From the NCBI GenBank assembly GCA_051003155.1, contig JBPCLO010000031.1, forward strand, positions 64,001 through 128,000: a DNA stretch of 64,000 nt. Reading direction: 5' to 3'. The notes under the pieces were generated by a model. It saw only the letters and a program-made list of their open reading frames with translations. It did not search any database and was not told the origin of the DNA. How positions within the stretch are numbered: position 1 is the first letter of the stretch; every line of letters starts with the position of its first letter. This document shows positions 61,020 to 64,000 of the stretch, in pieces. Source of the stretch: Fimbriimonadales bacterium (GTDB lineage Bacteria > Armatimonadota > Fimbriimonadia > Fimbriimonadales > ATM1). A program made the translations under genes and the position numbers.

Positions 61020-61585
61020 CGCGGGTCAAGATCTGCGGAGTCACGCGCGCGGAGGACGCAGAGGCTGCCGCCGAGGCAGGCGCGGATGCCGTCGGTTTCG
61101 TTTTCGAGCCAAGCAGTCCGCGATTCGTCGGTTCGTTCATGGACTTGCATCTCGCCCTGCCGCCTTATGTAACCTCGGTCGCGGTCTTCGGTCCGTTCTT
61201 GCCGGACGCCGGCGCGACTGGATTCGATCGCATCCAGTACTTGTCGGGTTCGCCGACCGGTGGTCTGATTCGGGCATTTCGTTTGGGCGAGACGCCTTTA
61301 GCCGAAATCCTCGCCTATCGGTCCTCGCCGGTTCTCATCGACGCATTTCATCCAAAGCAGTTCGGTGGCACGGGTGAGAGAGCGAATTGGGAGGCGGCTG
61401 CTGAGGTCGTGAGATCGACATCGGTGCCGGTAGTGCTTGCCGGCGGGCTGACACCTGACAACGTCGCCGAAGCGATTCGAATAGTACGGCCATACGCAGT
61501 GGACGTCAGCAGCGGCGTCGAAGAAAGGCCGGGTGTGAAAGACCCCTTTAAACTTCGAGACTTCATCGCGGCGGCCCGTTCGTAG
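61016..61585 (+). CDS. trpF: Phosphoribosylanthranilate isomerase
   Basis: VKICG, GGTG, LAGGLTPDNV, VDVSSGVE. Confidence 0.95.
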   Translation: MTRVKICGVTRAEDAEAAAEAGADAVGFVFEPSSPRFVGSFMDLHLALPPYVTSVAVFGPFLPDAGATGFDRIQYLSGSPTGGLIRAFRLGETPLAEILAYRSSPVLIDAFHPKQFGGTGERANWEAAAEVVRSTSVPVVLAGGLTPDNVAEAIRIVRPYAVDVSSGVEERPGVKDPFKLRDFIAAARS

Positions 61586-61587
61586 CG

Positions 61588-62679
61588 ATGGAGTTCAAGG
61601 TCATTCAGGAATCCCACCAATGCAGCGGGCGACTGGGTGAAATGACGCTTCCGCACGGCAAGGTGCAAACGCCCGCTTTCATGCCGGTCGGCACCCAGGG
61701 CGCCGTCAAGACAATCGGCTCGGAAGACCTCGAGGCACTCGGCTACAAGTTGATCCTTTGCAACACCTACCACCTCTCGCTGCGACCGGGTGAGGACCTT
61801 GTCGAAAGCCTGGGCGGGCTGCACAGATTCATGTCTTGGGACAGGCCGATCTTGACCGACAGCGGGGGGTATCAAGTGATGAGCCTCTCAAAAAACAGAA
61901 AGATAACCGACGAAGGCGTTACATTCCGGTCACACTTAGATGGGAACACCCTGCACCTAACGCCCGAAAAGAGCATCGAGATTCAGCGAAAGCTCGACGT
62001 TGATATTTCGATGGCGCTCGACGTATGCCCTGCCTACTCGGCCCCTGAGAAGGAAGTGCGCGAAGCCATGGACAGAACGCACGCCTGGGCGCCGAGGTGC
62101 CTCGAAGCATCAGGTGAGAATCAGGCGGTGTTCGGAATCGTGCAAGGAGGCGTGCACCCGGATTTTCGAGCGGAATCCGCCGAGGTTATCACCGCAATGC
62201 CCTTCGCGGGTTTCGCAGTTGGCGGCGTCAGCGTGGGCGAGCCGGCCGACATGCAGTACCCCGTCGTACAGACCACAGCGCCACTTCTGCCTGCCGATAG
62301 ACCCAGATACTTGATGGGGGTTGGCCACCCCAGGGACATCATTCACGCCGTGAAAAACGGGATCGATATGTTCGACTGTGTGCTCCCCACGCGCATGGCG
62401 CGGCACCATGGTCTCTACACGATGAACGGCATCGTCAACGTCCTCAATAAGAAATGGGAGGCTCACGACGGCCCGGTGGACCCGGAAAGCGCATTCCCTG
62501 CGACCGCCCGTTACTCGGCGGCCTATATGCGCCATCTCTTCAAAGCCGCTGAACCGCTGGGAGCCCGAATCGCCACGCTCCATAATCTGGCATTCTATGC
62601 CAGGCTGGTGCACGACATCCGCGATGCCTTGTCTAAAAATGCATGGCCGGAACTGGAGAAGAAATATGAAAATGCTTAA
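61588..62679 (+). CDS. tgt: tRNA-guanine transglycosylase
   Basis: TPAFMPVGT, NTYHL, TDSGGYQV, GIVQGG, RYLMGVG, DMFDCVLPTR. Confidence 0.95.
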   Translation: MEFKVIQESHQCSGRLGEMTLPHGKVQTPAFMPVGTQGAVKTIGSEDLEALGYKLILCNTYHLSLRPGEDLVESLGGLHRFMSWDRPILTDSGGYQVMSLSKNRKITDEGVTFRSHLDGNTLHLTPEKSIEIQRKLDVDISMALDVCPAYSAPEKEVREAMDRTHAWAPRCLEASGENQAVFGIVQGGVHPDFRAESAEVITAMPFAGFAVGGVSVGEPADMQYPVVQTTAPLLPADRPRYLMGVGHPRDIIHAVKNGIDMFDCVLPTRMARHHGLYTMNGIVNVLNKKWEAHDGPVDPESAFPATARYSAAYMRHLFKAAEPLGARIATLHNLAFYARLVHDIRDALSKNAWPELEKKYENA

Positions 62680-63649
62680 AATCGCTACGTTAATTGCCGT
62701 TGTCCTTGCCTGCGTCAGCGCTTCCGCCGAAAAACCGATTACGGTCGACGTCTGGGTCCTCAATTTCGACCCGTTCATCGAGAGCGAGGGGGGGGAACGG
62801 CTCCATGCGGTTGGCGGATGGAACGACCCGCGCAAATTAAGCGAGGGATATGTCTCCGATATCAAGGAAGCCAGTGGCGGGTTTATTAAATACAAGATCA
62901 GACGTTGGGACGATATCGACGCGTTTCCGGAAAAGGTCGACGGATATATTTATACAGATCAGTCGTACTTAGAGTCTCGCAAGGCAAATAAATGGCACGA
63001 TCCGGATGGTCTGGACTATCCCAAAATGATCGACAAATACCGGGTAGCGCCAAAAATGGACGACGGCACTTTCGACGAACTCTGGATTTTCGGCGCCCCC
63101 TACATGGGTTTTTGGGAGTCCGCGATGGCCGGCCCTGGAGCCTTCTACATTAACGGCGGCGTCTACGATAAGGTCAAGGCGAAAAAACCTTTCGCTATTA
63201 TGGGATTCAATTACGAGCGAGGCGTCGCAGAAATGGTCCACGACCTCTGCCATCGAACGGAGAGCACAATGTCGCGGATTTATGGCGGCTGGAAGGTCGA
63301 GGAATTAACGACTCCCTGGTCTAGGTTCGCATCCAATTACTCTCAATCCTCAGGAATCGCGGCGGTCGGAACGTGTCACTGGCCGCCGAACGCCGAAAAA
63401 GATTACGATTACGCAAATCCTCGAGAGGTGCAGAGCAGCGCAGACGACTGGCTGAACTATCCCCACCTGACCGGCGCGAAGAAATTGGTGTCGTGCGAAA
63501 CCTGGGGCGGGCCGGATTATCATCGCAATTACCTAAAATGGTGGTTCACGCACCTGCCGAAGGCAAAAGGCGTGAGTGCGGACGGCCGCCAGAATAACTG
63601 GTGGAAGTACCTTTTCAACTTCAACCGGTATGACGAAAGCGGGCGCTGA
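62666..63649 (+). CDS. Secreted conserved hypothetical protein
   Basis: Signal peptide ending ASA; MGFNYERGVAEMVHDLCHRTES; YLKWWFTHLP. Confidence 0.75.
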   Translation: MKMLKIATLIAVVLACVSASAEKPITVDVWVLNFDPFIESEGGERLHAVGGWNDPRKLSEGYVSDIKEASGGFIKYKIRRWDDIDAFPEKVDGYIYTDQSYLESRKANKWHDPDGLDYPKMIDKYRVAPKMDDGTFDELWIFGAPYMGFWESAMAGPGAFYINGGVYDKVKAKKPFAIMGFNYERGVAEMVHDLCHRTESTMSRIYGGWKVEELTTPWSRFASNYSQSSGIAAVGTCHWPPNAEKDYDYANPREVQSSADDWLNYPHLTGAKKLVSCETWGGPDYHRNYLKWWFTHLPKAKGVSADGRQNNWWKYLFNFNRYDESGR

Positions 63650-64000
63650 TGGAGTGGCTCTGGGGCGTCGACCGCGAGATGACCGGCGTCGTCAATCAAG
63701 ATTGGCATTCGCCGACACTCGATACTTTCTTTCGCTGGATTACCTACCTCGGCCTCGATCAGGTAGTCCTGCCACTTGTGCTAATCCTCATACTCGTGAG
63801 GTCGCAACGGTTGGCCGGCTTCACTTGCCTACTTGCCTATGCGATCGGCGGAGTTAGCGCTCAAATCATCAAGCGACTCGCGCCCAGATTCCGCCCGGGC
63901 TCGCTTTCGGAAACTATAGTCGCTTCGGACGAACGCATCTTCTTGTCGAGTTTTCCGAGCGGGCACACGGTCATTGCATTCGCAGTCGCGTTCGCACTAC
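63649..64000 (+). CDS. PAP2-family phosphatase (5' part; runs off window)
   Basis: Manual translation from ATG 63649: TM segments, K-x6-RP (KRLAPRFRP) and SFPSGH. Confidence 0.85.
   Translation, partial: MEWLWGVDREMTGVVNQDWHSPTLDTFFRWITYLGLDQVVLPLVLILILVRSQRLAGFTCLLAYAIGGVSAQIIKRLAPRFRPGSLSETIVASDERIFLSSFPSGHTVIAFAVAFAL

Overview
GC-rich bacterial chromosomal segment. By inference it is from Armatimonadota (Fimbriimonadia-like), based on PEP-CTERM proteins, an H-X9-DG pilin-like protein, an SLH-porin and a PafA-type ligase. The backbone is housekeeping: pafA, rimO, an ABC exporter trio, SRP RNA-dnaX-ybaB-recR, dusB, rnj, acs-coaD-yceD-plsX-fabH, nadA, accDA and trpDCF-tgt. Interspersed are many secreted proteins, an RHS toxin with a Tox-URI2-like tip plus a putative immunity-RraB fusion, several pseudogenes, an IS110 relic and two tandem decayed RAYT transposases with their own REP-like hairpins. 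The top leads are: (1) a small Tad1/Acb2-like signal-sponge homologue in a non-phage context; (2) a shared ~150-aa C-terminal domain on three unrelated secreted proteins, a candidate sorting/anchoring module; (3) a transglutaminase-porin fusion under a duplicated leader that two genes read in different frames; (4) recurrent leaderless-type promoters. All family assignments come from motif recognition by eye; no database searches were run. No rRNA, tRNA or CRISPR array was seen.
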